A DNA stretch of 64,000 bases, taken from positions 1,676 through 65,675 of the forward strand of contig JAFSTC010000092.1 in assembly GCA_017450705.1 (NCBI GenBank), given 5' to 3'. The position numbers were made by a program, and so were the translations under genes. The notes under the pieces were generated by a model. That model was given only the letters and a program-made list of their open reading frames with translations. It did no database searches and had not been told where the DNA came from. Of the stretch, positions 1 through 10,450 are shown piece by piece. The stretch's first letter is position 1; the number at the start of each line of letters is the position of its first letter. This stretch comes from Lentisphaeria bacterium. Its GTDB lineage: Bacteria; Verrucomicrobiota; Lentisphaeria; Victivallales; Victivallaceae.

Positions 1-2326
1 CCATGTCGTCGAAGACATCGTCGTCGTCGTCGAGGTCCCTGCCGCCGCGGCCGGGACGGTCGAATTCGCCTTCGCCGAGCTCTCCGCCTTCCTCTTCCTC
101 ATCGGCGACGACGGATTCGTCGAAGTTCTGGGGCCGCTGGTCGGAGACGAACTTGACGATGGCCTTGATATCCTTGTCGTCCACCAGGGCGCCCTGGATG
201 CGTTCCAGACTGAAGGCGCCGGGCAGCAGGGCCAGCATGTCGCCGTATCCCAGCAGATTTTCCGCGCCGGGCTGGTCGAGGATGACCCGGCTGTCCACCT
301 GCTGCATGACGCGGAAGGCGATCCGGGTGGGCAGATTGGCCTTGATGAACCCCGTGATGATGTCGGTGGAGGGCCGCTGGGTGGCGACGACGATGTGGAC
401 GCCCGCGGCCCGGCCCAGCTGGGCGATGCGGGCGATGTAGGTCTCGGAGTCCTTCCAGGAGTCCTGCATGCGGAGTTCCGCCAGCTCGTCGATGATGACG
501 ATCAGGATCGGGATGCGGGTGATCGGCCGGCCGAAATCATCGGCGATGACGTCGCCGTCACTGTTTCTGAGAGGTTCGCCGTCCTTGGACAGCGCATTGA
601 ATTCGACGAGCTTTTTCACGCCGGCCTGAGCAAGGATCTTGTACCGGTTCTCCATTTCCGTCACAGCCCAGCGCAGGGCGATGGGCACTTTCTTGGCGTC
701 GTTGATCACGGGAGTGATCAGGTGGGGAAGACGGCGGTAATCTTCGAACTCGACCCGCTTGGGGTCCACCATGATGAGACGGAGCTCCTCAGGGTTGAAC
801 TTGAAAAGCAGACTCATGATGAGCGTGTTCATGCACACGGACTTGCCCGACCCCGTGGAACCGGCGATCAGCAGATGGGGCGCTTTCGCCAGGTCGACGA
901 CGACGGGCGTTCCGGCGATGTTCTTGCCGAGGACGATGGGGATGCCCTTGCCTTTTTCCCAGACCTCCGTTTCCATGACGCTGCGCATGAAGACCGCTTC
1001 GCTCTTGGCGTTGGGGACCTCGATGCCCACAACGGTCCGGCCGGGGATGGGCGCCAAAACACGGATGCTGGGGGCGGCCAGATTCATCCGGATGTTGTCG
1101 GAGATCGTCTCCACCTTCTTCACGTTGACGCCCTCGGCCAGACTGATCTCGTAACAGGTGATCCTGGGACCGGAAACGTACCCCACCACCTCGCCCGGAA
1201 TTTTGAAACTGTCGAGGGTGCGCTGGAGCACGAGCATGGCTTTTTTGATGTTTTCCTGGGACTCGCCGGAGATGTCCGTTCCCTTGCCGAGCATGGTCAC
1301 GGGAGGAAGCACGTAGGTCGGCCGCTCGACGGCTTCGACGCGTTTCCCGGCCTCGACGACGGTCCGGCCGACGTCGGGCACCCGTGCGGCTCCGGCGGAC
1401 TTGCCCGGCGAAACCGCGGGAACGTCGCCGGAAGTCCTGCCGTCGATCTTCTCACCGGTTTTCGCCGGTTCGGGAAGAGCTTTTTCGACTTCCTCCGCAG
1501 CCGGAAGCAGATCGCCGCCCTCTTCGGGGAGACCGGGCGCGGGGGAGGGAACCGCCTCTTTTTCAGGAGGGACCTCTTCGGAAACGATCTCGACACCCTG
1601 CTGGTCAGTCTCCATCTTTTTCAGCATGGAAGCCAGACGGGTCCGGGGCGTTACGGACGGCTGAGGCGTTTCCGCCTCCTTTCCGGTCTCATCCTGCTGA
1701 TCGCCCGGCACCGGACGGCGGGCGGAAACTTCCGGCAGGGAAATGTGGTCCATAATGAATCTGTGCCAGTCGGAAACGTAGATGACGATCGCCCCGCCGG
1801 TAAAAAGGGCCCAGCCGAGGATCATGGTCCCGACCACACCGATGAAACTGCGCAGGATCCCTTCCGACAACTCCAGGGAGGCACAGGCCGGAGCGGCGAG
1901 GACCTGTCCGATGACGCCGCCGGAGAGCGACAGGGCAGGCGACTGGGGACGGCCGAGCCCCAGACGGACGCACAGCGGAGAAAACATTTCAGGATCGAGT
2001 CCGAAAAGCAGCACGAGACCGGATACGATCAGCAGAGAACCGCCGAGAAACGCCGAACTCTTCCCCGGTCCGGGCGCCAGAAGACGCACGATCCTGATCA
2101 GCGCCAGAAGCGGAAAGGCATAGGCGGCCACGCCGAAAAGATGAAAGAGACACAGCCCGAAGACCGCGCCGAGCCTGCCGATCCAGTTCTTCGGGACCCC
2201 GTCGATGCCCCCGGCAAGCAGCGCGGCATCCTGCGGCGAGTAGCTCGCGACAGCGAGAAAAGCCAGCAGCACCGCGGCAAATAAAAAAATGTAGCGGACC
2301 TTGAAAGCAGTCCCCGTTTCAGGCAT
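1..2326 (-). CDS. ftsK: DNA translocase FtsK/SpoIIIE, 3' end runs off the left window edge
   Basis: Not in the ORF track because no stop codon lies in the window. Reverse-strand translation from the ATG at 2326 gives MPETGTAFKVRYIFLFAAVLLAFLAVASYSPQDAALLAGG... (FtsK-type membrane N-terminus). It continues through APHLLIAGSTGSGKSVCMNTLIMSLLFK (Walker A, about 850-880), ILIVIIDELAEL (Walker B) and VHIVVATQRPSTDIITGFIKANLPTRIAFRV. The frame stays open to position 2. Confidence 0.9.
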   Translation of the reverse strand, partial: MPETGTAFKVRYIFLFAAVLLAFLAVASYSPQDAALLAGGIDGVPKNWIGRLGAVFGLCLFHLFGVAAYAFPLLALIRIVRLLAPGPGKSSAFLGGSLLIVSGLVLLFGLDPEMFSPLCVRLGLGRPQSPALSLSGGVIGQVLAAPACASLELSEGILRSFIGVVGTMILGWALFTGGAIVIYVSDWHRFIMDHISLPEVSARRPVPGDQQDETGKEAETPQPSVTPRTRLASMLKKMETDQQGVEIVSEEVPPEKEAVPSPAPGLPEEGGDLLPAAEEVEKALPEPAKTGEKIDGRTSGDVPAVSPGKSAGAARVPDVGRTVVEAGKRVEAVERPTYVLPPVTMLGKGTDISGESQENIKKAMLVLQRTLDSFKIPGEVVGYVSGPRITCYEISLAEGVNVKKVETISDNIRMNLAAPSIRVLAPIPGRTVVGIEVPNAKSEAVFMRSVMETEVWEKGKGIPIVLGKNIAGTPVVVDLAKAPHLLIAGSTGSGKSVCMNTLIMSLLFKFNPEELRLIMVDPKRVEFEDYRRLPHLITPVINDAKKVPIALRWAVTEMENRYKILAQAGVKKLVEFNALSKDGEPLRNSDGDVIADDFGRPITRIPILIVIIDELAELRMQDSWKDSETYIARIAQLGRAAGVHIVVATQRPSTDIITGFIKANLPTRIAFRVMQQVDSRVILDQPGAENLLGYGDMLALLPGAFSLERIQGALVDDKDIKAIVKFVSDQRPQNFDESVVADEEEEGGELGEGEFDRPGRGGRDLDDDDDVFDDM

Positions 2327-2881
2327 AAGGCCGGTTTCCCTTCCTCTTGATGACATCGGCAACAGAACGCCTGTAATATAACCTTGCTGAAAAGCAAATT
2401 CAACCGCCGATCACACAAAAGCGGGAGCTTTTTCCCGGGACGTCTCTCCGACGGCCCTGACAACAACCTTATCAAAAAGCTGTGAATAAATTGTCAGCAG
2501 GCAGTCAAAAAAGATGCCGTCAACCGCTTTTCCGCCCCCTTCCATCAGATTTCTTAACAGTATTTTTCATTGCAATTCGTTAAAGAAGAACAAGAAAAAA
2601 AGTTATTAACAGAGAGGAGCGTTCTCTACTGCTACCCTTATTTACTCTATTGAAAAATAAAGGAAAAAGAGAGACGGAGCCCCGGTCGGATCTTTTCTCC
2701 GCCGGACTTGCCGGGCATGTCCGACGGATCCGGCGAAAGATGAACCTTGTCCCTAAAAAATTTTTCATTTTTTTCGGAATTCCTTTGCTTTTTTTCAAAA
2801 TATAGTTTATTTTCTATCCGTTAAGAGTAACGTGGTTTTGTTTTCGGCCGCTGAGGCCTGGTTTTTTCACGGAGGACGGAA

Positions 2882-4057
2882 GTGGTGCGTATGAAAGCGG
2901 TTCGTATGATCTTTTCCGCGGTTCTGGCGGCAGTCCTGATCGGAACGGCGGGCTGCGGCAAAAAGAAGGTGAGGAGCAGCAAGGAGCGCGAGGTGCGCGT
3001 GACGCTGCAGAAACTGGAGAAACGGGTCTTCCGGCGCATCATCCCCGTCCAGGGAACGGTCTCCCCCGTGCGGTACGCCGTGATCTCCGCCAAGATCGGC
3101 GGCGTGCTGGAACGGTTGAAAATCGACGAGGGCGACGCAGTCAAAAAAGGCGATATCCTCTTCGAGATCGACCGTCAGGTGCTGAAAAACCAGGTGATGG
3201 TCAAGGAGAACGAGATCAGCGTGAAACGGGCGGAGCTGGAAAGCGCCGGCATCGCTCTCGAGCGCGCGCGCATCAACAGGGAGAAGGCGAAACTGGATTT
3301 CGACCGGTCCTCCCGGCTGTGGAACTCCCGGGCCACCAGTCAGACCGACTACGAGACGGCATCCGTGAATCTTAAAAACGCCGATGCCGACGTCAAAAAG
3401 GCCGAAGCCGATGTGACGAATGCGAGAGCCCAGCTCAAACAGGCCGAAGGGAATCTCGTCATCGCCAGAAAGAATCTGGCGGACTCCACTACGCCCGCGC
3501 CCTTCGACTGCACGGTCACTCAGAGGTATTTCGAGGAAAACGAATTCGTGACCACCGGCAGCCGGATCATCAAGATCGAGGATCTGACCGAATTCGAGAT
3601 CACAAGTTTCATCAGTTCCGTTTATTATCCTATGATAGAGAAGGACAAGACGCCCGTTCACATACGGCTTTTCGGCAAGGAGATGGGCCGGGCCGTCGTG
3701 ACCCACAAGGCGCCCTCCATCGACCCCGCCAGCCGCACGTTCAAGATCAAGGTGCTGGTGCCGAAGAACATCAAACTTGCCAGCGGGTCGCTGTGCGACA
3801 TCGACATCATCCTCGAGGAAAAAGAGACTTACGGTCTGCCCTCGGACGCCATTCTGCTGCGGGCGGGGGACAGGTATATCGCCTATGCTTCGGGTCCCGG
3901 GGGCCGGGCGGTAAGCTTCGACATCGTTCCCGGCATCGTCGAGGGCCGGCTCACGGAGGTCGTGAACAACGAAAAACTGCGCGGTCAGCGTTTCGTCGTC
4001 ACGGGGCAGACGTTCATCAATACGGGAACGCTCCTGCGGGAAGTCAAAAAGAAGTAA
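2882..4057 (+). CDS. RND efflux periplasmic adaptor (membrane fusion protein, HlyD/AcrA-like) lipoprotein
   Basis: Lipobox LIGTAGC near the N-terminus and a coiled-coil hairpin segment (ADADVKKAEADVTNARAQLKQAEGNL). It lies immediately upstream of the RND permease. GTG start at 2882 sits 6 nt after GGAGGA; ATG at 2891 is the alternative. Confidence 0.85.
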   Translation: MVRMKAVRMIFSAVLAAVLIGTAGCGKKKVRSSKEREVRVTLQKLEKRVFRRIIPVQGTVSPVRYAVISAKIGGVLERLKIDEGDAVKKGDILFEIDRQVLKNQVMVKENEISVKRAELESAGIALERARINREKAKLDFDRSSRLWNSRATSQTDYETASVNLKNADADVKKAEADVTNARAQLKQAEGNLVIARKNLADSTTPAPFDCTVTQRYFEENEFVTTGSRIIKIEDLTEFEITSFISSVYYPMIEKDKTPVHIRLFGKEMGRAVVTHKAPSIDPASRTFKIKVLVPKNIKLASGSLCDIDIILEEKETYGLPSDAILLRAGDRYIAYASGPGGRAVSFDIVPGIVEGRLTEVVNNEKLRGQRFVVTGQTFINTGTLLREVKKK

Positions 4058-4087
4058 TCCACCTTTTTTTGCAAGGATCTCTGAAGA

Positions 4088-7000
4088 ATGTTCCTCAGCC
4101 GCTGGTCAGTCAACCGTCCCATCGCCATGACCGCGTTCATCATCGTCCTGATCATGATCGGGGCGAGTCTCTATTCGCGGATCAGCATTGATCTTCTGCC
4201 CAACATGGAGATCCCCACGATCCTCATCCGCTGCGAGTACAAGGGGGCCAGTCCCACGGAGATCGAGGTCGAAGTGGTCAAGAGGATCGAAGACGCCATC
4301 TCCTCCATCGACGGCATCCAGCACATCACCAGCTCCTCGCTCGAAGATCAGGGGCAGGTCCAGGTGGAGTTCACCATGGGGACCGATGTGGACATCGCCG
4401 CCACCGATATCAGAGAGGCCCTCAACCGCGTGCGGGACGACTTTCCCGACGGCGCGGACGAGCCCCGGATCCGCAAGATCGACACCAACGCCTCCACCGT
4501 GGTCCAGCTGCTCCTCGTGGGCGACAGGACCCGGGACGATCTTTACGACTACGCCGAAGACACTCTCTCGGACCGCTTCTCCGCCGTGGCCGGCGTGGGC
4601 GAAGTGCGGGTCTACGGCGGCAACGAGATCCAGGTCCACGTGCTGCTGGACAGGGAGAAGCTCATCTCAACCAACATCTCCATCAACGACATCGTCTCAA
4701 AACTCCGGGCCAGCAACGTGCGCAAGCCCCTGGGCCGCATCGAGTACGACAAGGGTGAAAAGAACGTCACCTTCGACGGCGAATTCAAGGACTTCGAGCA
4801 GATCAAGTCCCTCGAGATCGGCCGGCACGACGGCAAAAGGGTGTATCTGCGGGACATCGCCGATGTGAAGCTCATGGGCCGCGATCCCCGGAGCCGGGAC
4901 TTCGTCAACGGCAAGCCCGCGGTGCGGTTCAACATCGTCAAGAAGGGCGAGGCCAACGCCATTGAGGTCATCAAGGGGATCCGCAAACTCTATGAGCGGA
5001 TGAACACTTCCGGAACGCTGCCCAGCGGCATGAGTCTTTTCTGGTTCACCGATTCCGGCGAGTTCATCCAGTCCTCGGTCGACGACGCCTGGACCAGCAT
5101 CGGCATCGGCATCGCGCTCACCGCCGCGCTGCTTTTCCTCTTTCTTCACAATCCCAAATCCACCTTCATCGTCATGGTCTCCATGCCCATTTCCGTCGTG
5201 GTGACCTTTGCCGTCATGGCGTATCTGGAATACTCCTTCAACATCATGACGCTGCTCTCCCTCGGGTGTTCCGTCGGCGTACTGGTCACCAACTCCATCG
5301 TGGTGATCGAAAACATCTTCAAGCGCCTGGAGCAGGGCAACACCATCAAGGCCGCGGCGGAACACGGCACGGCGGAAGTCATCGCCGCGGTCTCCGCCAG
5401 CGCCCTCACCAACGTGGTGGTGTTCGTGCCGGTGATGATGATGACCACGATGATCGGGCGCATGATGGTCCCCTTCGCGGGGGTCATGGTGGGGGCAACA
5501 CTGGTGTCGCTTTTCGTCAGTTTCACACTGACTCCCATCCTCTCCTGCGTGCTGCTCAAGAAAAAGCCCGGCGAGGAGAAAAAAGTCTCCCGGCTGGACC
5601 GGTTCTTCTTCTTCTGGGACCGGGGGTACGACTGGCTGTGCGACCGGTTCAACCGCTCCATCAACTGGACCGCCAATCACGCCGTGATCTTTCTTGTCGC
5701 GACGTTCTTTTTCGCCGCGCTGGTCTATTTCTTCATCGTGCCGCAGGTGGGGCTTTCCTTCCTGCCCTTCTGCGATCAGGGCGAGATCCGGATCCGCTTC
5801 GAGTTCCCCACAAACTACAATCTGGATACCACCACGGCGAAGATCCAGGAGGCCGCGGAACAGCTGAAAAAATTCGAATTCATCAAGGGCATGGTGGTGA
5901 GCATCGGCCAGGCCAACGGCACCCGGGGCCAGGTCAATTCCGCCGTCTACATGGGGCAGATCACCCTCAAAACCACGGGCAAGGGCGAGCGGCGCGAGAC
6001 GATCTACGAACTTCAGGACATGATCAGAAAAGAACTTTCCTTCATGGACAACTGCCGCATCACGCTGGCGATCCCGGCCACTTTCGGCGGTTCCGGCGCG
6101 GAGATCCGCTGCGTCATCCACGGACCGGATCTCAACGTCCTCGAAAGCGCCGAGATGCGGGTCCTGGAGAAACTGCCCCAGCTGGGACTCACCCGGGATC
6201 TGGACTCCACCTGGCGTGAACGCAAACCCAACATCAACATCGTCCCCAACCGGACGGTCCTGCAGAACATGGGCATGACGGCCGAGCAGTTCTACCAGTA
6301 CATGGTGGGCTCTCTGGACGGCATCGAGGTGGGCGACTTCCGCAGCGGCGCACGGACCTTCGACATCCGCGTGCGGAACCGCAAGGAGCCCGGCGAACGC
6401 CAGCTCATCCAGAACGCTCCCGCCGTCAAGGAAGACAATCCCCTCAGCACCGAAGTCATCGCCGAAATAAAAGAGGACGCCCGGCCCGTCATCATCAACC
6501 GGTACGACAAGGTGCGCACCTCGTGGATCTACGCCAACACCGCCCCGGGCAAGCCCCTGGGACTGGTTTCGGACACCATGCGTCAGGTGGCCGAGGAGAT
6601 CCTCCCCGGCGGCTACGGCATCCGCATGAGCGGCAACGTGGAACGCATGCACGAAACCAATATGGAGTTCATGCGCGTCATGGTGCTGGCCTCGATCCTC
6701 ACCTATCTGCTGATCGCGGCCATCATGGAGTCGTGGACCAAGCCGCTGCTCATCATGTTCACCATCCCCCTGGGATTCCTGGGGATGTACTTCACGCTCT
6801 ACCTCGCCGGGATGTCCATGTCGATGATGGGCCTTCTGGGCGGCGTCATGATGATCGGGATCGTGGTCAACAACGCCATCCTCATCATGGATGAATGCAC
6901 CAGTCTCATGCGCAACTCGGGCATGGCGCCCCGCCGGGCCATGCTCCAGGCTGTGAAGAGCAAATTCCGTCCCATCGTCATGACCAGCATCGCCTCCGTG

Positions 7001-7165
7001 GCCGGGATGCTGCCCATGGCCTTCGGCCGGGGACTGGGTTCCGAACTGCGCGCCAGCTGCGGCATGGGCGTGGTGGGCGGACTCCTCTTCGCCTCGCTGA
7101 TGACCCTCTACGTCATCCCCGCGCTGTTCTTCGTCTTCTGCTGCCGGAAGAAAAAGAAAGCCTGA
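4088..7165 (+). CDS. RND efflux permease, AcrB/AcrD/AcrF (HAE1-like) family
   Basis: 1025 aa. The N-terminus MFLSRWSVNRPIAMTAFIIVLIMIGASLYSRISIDLLPNMEIPTILIRCEYKGASPTEIE is the canonical RND opening. It shows two-fold TM/periplasmic-loop architecture. Confidence 0.92.
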   Translation: MFLSRWSVNRPIAMTAFIIVLIMIGASLYSRISIDLLPNMEIPTILIRCEYKGASPTEIEVEVVKRIEDAISSIDGIQHITSSSLEDQGQVQVEFTMGTDVDIAATDIREALNRVRDDFPDGADEPRIRKIDTNASTVVQLLLVGDRTRDDLYDYAEDTLSDRFSAVAGVGEVRVYGGNEIQVHVLLDREKLISTNISINDIVSKLRASNVRKPLGRIEYDKGEKNVTFDGEFKDFEQIKSLEIGRHDGKRVYLRDIADVKLMGRDPRSRDFVNGKPAVRFNIVKKGEANAIEVIKGIRKLYERMNTSGTLPSGMSLFWFTDSGEFIQSSVDDAWTSIGIGIALTAALLFLFLHNPKSTFIVMVSMPISVVVTFAVMAYLEYSFNIMTLLSLGCSVGVLVTNSIVVIENIFKRLEQGNTIKAAAEHGTAEVIAAVSASALTNVVVFVPVMMMTTMIGRMMVPFAGVMVGATLVSLFVSFTLTPILSCVLLKKKPGEEKKVSRLDRFFFFWDRGYDWLCDRFNRSINWTANHAVIFLVATFFFAALVYFFIVPQVGLSFLPFCDQGEIRIRFEFPTNYNLDTTTAKIQEAAEQLKKFEFIKGMVVSIGQANGTRGQVNSAVYMGQITLKTTGKGERRETIYELQDMIRKELSFMDNCRITLAIPATFGGSGAEIRCVIHGPDLNVLESAEMRVLEKLPQLGLTRDLDSTWRERKPNINIVPNRTVLQNMGMTAEQFYQYMVGSLDGIEVGDFRSGARTFDIRVRNRKEPGERQLIQNAPAVKEDNPLSTEVIAEIKEDARPVIINRYDKVRTSWIYANTAPGKPLGLVSDTMRQVAEEILPGGYGIRMSGNVERMHETNMEFMRVMVLASILTYLLIAAIMESWTKPLLIMFTIPLGFLGMYFTLYLAGMSMSMMGLLGGVMMIGIVVNNAILIMDECTSLMRNSGMAPRRAMLQAVKSKFRPIVMTSIASVAGMLPMAFGRGLGSELRASCGMGVVGGLLFASLMTLYVIPALFFVFCCRKKKKA

Positions 7166-7185
7166 CCGGAGAAATCATCTCGCTT

Positions 7186-7215
7186 TTCGGCCTATTCGGC
7201 CTATTCGGCCTATTT
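7186..7215. repeat. Tandem 9-nt repeat (TTCGGCCTA) x3 in the convergent gap between the RND pump and the CE15 gene
   Basis: Direct reading: ttcggcctattcggcctattcggcctattt. Confidence 0.85.
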
Positions 7216-7229
7216 TTCCGTTGCCCCGT

Positions 7230-8450
7230 TCACAGCACTCTGTCGGCGAAGTCGAGGTATTTGTCCCAGTCCCAGGGGGTGATGTCGTGTTTGCCTTGGC
7301 GGAAGTGGTAATGGAGGACGCCGGTGTCGGCGGCTTCGCCCGGGGCGGGGGGAAGGGGGGACGTGAAGCTTTCCTTGCCCCACAATTTCCAGACTTTTCC
7401 TCCGTGGTAGAGGGAGAGGTATTCGCCTTTGGGGTCGGCGTGGAGATCCTCGTCGGCGCTGGCCACGGCCAGGGGCCGGGGGGCGATGAGGGCCATGAGT
7501 TCGTGCTGGTCCACGGGCAGTTCCGTTTCGCGGTCGATCCACTTGCGCCAGGCGGGATCGAACCAGTAGGTGCGCCAGTAGAGGAGCCAGGCCAGATTTT
7601 CGCCGAAGCCCCGGCGGGAGAGGGCCGCGCCACCGCAGCCGGAACAGTTGGAGACGGCCATGGCGAAGCGTTGATCGCAGGCCGCCGCCCACAGCGCGGT
7701 CTTACCCAGGCGGGAGTGGCCGTGGACGATGACTTTTTTCCCGTCGATCTCGGGAATCTTCCGCAGGACGTCCAGTCCCCGGGAGAGGCCCCAGGCCCAG
7801 GCGGAGATCGCCCCGGCTTCGGGGCGCTCCTGCTTCAGGTGTTCCGGCGTGTCGAAGAGGGCGTAGACGCTGTGGGGGAATCCCTCCGGGGTGTCGGGGA
7901 AGATCTCGTTGTACCAGATGGCGGCCGACGCGTAACCCCGGCGGATCACCTGTTCGAAGCTCCAGCGCGGGGCCTGACACCCCCGGCCGTCGAAACGGCC
8001 TTCCGGCCCGGGGAGGATCGGCAGTTCCGGCGGAAGAAGGAGATCCGTCTCCCCGGAACACCCGGCATTGCCTTTGAAATCCAGCCCCAGAAAGGCGGGA
8101 ACACTCCTTTTCGCGTCCTTCGGCAGATAGAGGAGCATGTTTAAAATATGCTGCCTCCCCGCCGTCCCGGTCAGGGTGATGCGCAGTTCCCGGCGCAGGG
8201 CGATCCCCCCAAGCGCGTCGCCGCGCTCCGAAAGGACTTCGAAGGAAACCTCCTCCGGCTCCGGCGGCAGCGGGCCGTACATGTTTTCCTCGAACCAGCG
8301 CAACAACTCCGGACGGCGCTTGGTCATCCATTCGTCTGGAGTCCGGACCGCCGTCCCGTCGTTCATGCACAGCGGATCGGGAACGGTGTAAACGGGCACG
8401 CGGGACTCGTCGGTGTACATCCGCGCGCGAATCTCTTCTTTCGTTTCCAT
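7230..8450 (-). CDS. Carbohydrate esterase family 15-like (glucuronoyl esterase-type) serine hydrolase
   Basis: Motif GHSRLGKTALWAAACD matches the CE15 G-x-S-R-x-G-K nucleophile signature. The N-terminal VPDPL...DGTAVRTPDEWMTKRRPELLRWFEENMYGPLP pattern is CE15-like. ATG at 8450 is preceded by GGAGGA; the ORF-track start at 8468 is TTG. Confidence 0.7.
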   Translation of the reverse strand: METKEEIRARMYTDESRVPVYTVPDPLCMNDGTAVRTPDEWMTKRRPELLRWFEENMYGPLPPEPEEVSFEVLSERGDALGGIALRRELRITLTGTAGRQHILNMLLYLPKDAKRSVPAFLGLDFKGNAGCSGETDLLLPPELPILPGPEGRFDGRGCQAPRWSFEQVIRRGYASAAIWYNEIFPDTPEGFPHSVYALFDTPEHLKQERPEAGAISAWAWGLSRGLDVLRKIPEIDGKKVIVHGHSRLGKTALWAAACDQRFAMAVSNCSGCGGAALSRRGFGENLAWLLYWRTYWFDPAWRKWIDRETELPVDQHELMALIAPRPLAVASADEDLHADPKGEYLSLYHGGKVWKLWGKESFTSPLPPAPGEAADTGVLHYHFRQGKHDITPWDWDKYLDFADRVL

Positions 8451-8618
8451 AAATTTCCTCCGAGTCAAGCAATTTCCACTAATGTATACCGGAAATCCGC
8501 TTTTTCAAGTCACAGACCGGATAGGCCGGACAAGCCGAATAACAGGATGGTTTTCCCCGGCCCCGCATTGCCGCCGGGACCTCCGTATTTATCCGTTCTT
8601 ATCCGTACTCCTCGGTAC

Positions 8619-9455
8619 CTACCCCCGGTCGTCCGGCGGCTCGTTTGAAAGGGTCTCCTTTCGGCAGATGCCGGGGGAGATGCCGTACATGCGCGTGAAG
8701 GCCGTGGTGAACCGGTAGCGGTTGGAGAAACCCGTGACTTCGGCGATGCGCTTTATGCTGATCTTGTTGATCTTCAGGAGATCCCACGCCAGCTCCAGCC
8801 GTTTGTTCATGATGTAGCGGCTGGGCGGGATCTTCATTTCGCGCTTGAAAAGATGCTGGAAACGGGTGACGGACATGCCGATCCTGCGGGCCAGCTCCCC
8901 GTTGTCCAGCTTGGGGATCGGGGACTTCGAGACCGCCGCGGCGATGATGTCCAGCGCCGTCCGGATCCTCGGATCCGGCGGGGGGCTCTCCTGCGGTTCG
9001 AATGCGCGTTCGGGGATCTCGTCCAGCAGAAAAAGGATCAGGGCGTTGACCGTCAGCGCGGAAAATTTTTCATTGCGGAACTTTCTCAGCAGCGCTTCGT
9101 AGGGGCGGACGGGAAAAACGACCGGCTCCTTCCGGATGCGGGCGAACTTTCCCCCCTCCAGCAGAAAATCGCAGAAAAATTGTTCGAATCCCCCGGACGA
9201 CGCCGCGGCGAACCGCAGATCCCCCGGGACAAGGTAGATGCAGTCGGGCTTCATGGAGATCTCCCTGTCGGCCAGGATCAGCCGTGCACCCGCCGTGAGG
9301 TTCCAGTAAACGTGCCACAGAGGCAAACTCCGCATGGGCACCTGCCATGTCTGAAGAACGCTTCGGGCGCAGTTGATCAGCGTGATCTTGGGGATCTCCC
9401 TTCCGGCCCGCTTCACCGCGGCAGAATACGATACATGTTTGACAATTTCCAGCAT
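8619..9455 (-). CDS. AraC family transcriptional regulator
   Basis: C-terminal double HTH: [40 protein letters not shown]...[26 protein letters not shown]. Start was moved to the ATG at 9455 (MLEIVKH...) to avoid overlapping the divergent gene. Confidence 0.85.
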   Translation of the reverse strand: MLEIVKHVSYSAAVKRAGREIPKITLINCARSVLQTWQVPMRSLPLWHVYWNLTAGARLILADREISMKPDCIYLVPGDLRFAAASSGGFEQFFCDFLLEGGKFARIRKEPVVFPVRPYEALLRKFRNEKFSALTVNALILFLLDEIPERAFEPQESPPPDPRIRTALDIIAAAVSKSPIPKLDNGELARRIGMSVTRFQHLFKREMKIPPSRYIMNKRLELAWDLLKINKISIKRIAEVTGFSNRYRFTTAFTRMYGISPGICRKETLSNEPPDDRG

Positions 9456-9565
9456 TTTTCGACACAGGTCTCCGCGGTATACTATACACCGTGAACGGAG
9501 CCTTGACAATCGGAAAAAAGATTTTTTGTCCATCACAAAGCGGTTCTGCCGCGGGAGGGAAAAAC

Positions 9566-10429
9566 ATGAGAGCGCACGGGTCGGAAAAAGAGATGGTCTT
9601 TCGCAATTTCACGCCCCGGGAGGGAGGTCCCTTCCTCCTCAAATTCACCTTGATCGAACTCTTGGTCGTCGTCGCCATCATCGCCATACTGGCGGCGATG
9701 CTCATGCCCGCGCTGCAGCAGGCGCGCGAGACGGCCAAGGCGATCTCGTGCACGTCGAAGGAGAAACAGCTCCACTCGGCGGTCATGTTCTACGCCGACG
9801 CCAACGGCGAATGCCTCCCCGCGGGGGCCAAGTGGGTGATGAGCCTCGTTCCGAAATACCTGCCCAAGGTCTCGCCGACCAGTCCGGACAACAAGCCGTG
9901 GGAGAGCTCTTCCGCCGGCGTGGGGCCGTTGCTCTGCCCCTCCATCACGGCTTCCGACTGCGCTCCGGCGGATATCGGCAAAAATCTGCCCTTCATCACC
10001 AGCTACGGCGTCACAGCGTTCCGCTACGACTCCGAGTTCAACAGCTGGGGCGCGGCTTTTCAGGTGAAACTGAACAGGAAACAGTACGGCGGCTGGCAGC
10101 CCATCGGCGTGAAATGGGTCGGCGAAGGCTTGAATACACACAGAAAAGTCAGCACCATCCTTCCCAGCACGGTCATCATGAACGAAAAATTCTTTTCCGA
10201 CATGAACGGAACGGGCGTTTCCAGTCTGAACGGATACGCCTCCTGCGACAGTCAGAATACGGTCTACCTCAAGTGGAAACACGCCACCTTGGGTCTCGTG
10301 GGGCCGGACAAATACGCGCAGAACCGCCTGGTGCACGGCCAGAAAAACAACATGATCTTTTTCAACGGCGCCGTCAAAGCCATCAAAACCGGAACGGCCT
10401 TCGACGATCTCGACTGGACTTTGAAATAA
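9566..10429 (+). CDS. Prepilin-type N-terminal cleavage/methylation-domain protein (DUF1559 / H-X9-DG-like pseudopilin paralogue 1)
   Basis: Contains [32 protein letters not shown] at 9566 is preceded by GGGAGGGA. The C-terminus has a variant H-X9-NG ([12 protein letters not shown]). Confidence 0.85.
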   Translation: MRAHGSEKEMVFRNFTPREGGPFLLKFTLIELLVVVAIIAILAAMLMPALQQARETAKAISCTSKEKQLHSAVMFYADANGECLPAGAKWVMSLVPKYLPKVSPTSPDNKPWESSSAGVGPLLCPSITASDCAPADIGKNLPFITSYGVTAFRYDSEFNSWGAAFQVKLNRKQYGGWQPIGVKWVGEGLNTHRKVSTILPSTVIMNEKFFSDMNGTGVSSLNGYASCDSQNTVYLKWKHATLGLVGPDKYAQNRLVHGQKNNMIFFNGAVKAIKTGTAFDDLDWTLK

Positions 10430-10450
10430 AAGATCCGGCAAGGAGGGAAT

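Noticed and set aside
395-2284. 629-aa plus-strand ORF, together with 3-440, 759-1154 and others, overlapping the left edge
   Set aside because: The translation is low-complexity and Gly/Asp/Arg/His-rich with no motifs. The opposite strand encodes a clear FtsK with Walker A/B motifs. This is a classic high-GC antisense shadow ORF.
2580-2798. 72-aa ORF in the ftsK/RND spacer
   Set aside because: It is Lys/Arg/Phe-rich and lies in an AT-rich region with no RBS or homology cue. It is more likely non-coding promoter or UTR DNA.
4697-6652. 651-aa minus-strand ORF inside the RND permease, plus 4106-4639, 5146-5676 and others
   Set aside because: They are antisense to an unmistakable AcrB-family gene and show no motifs.
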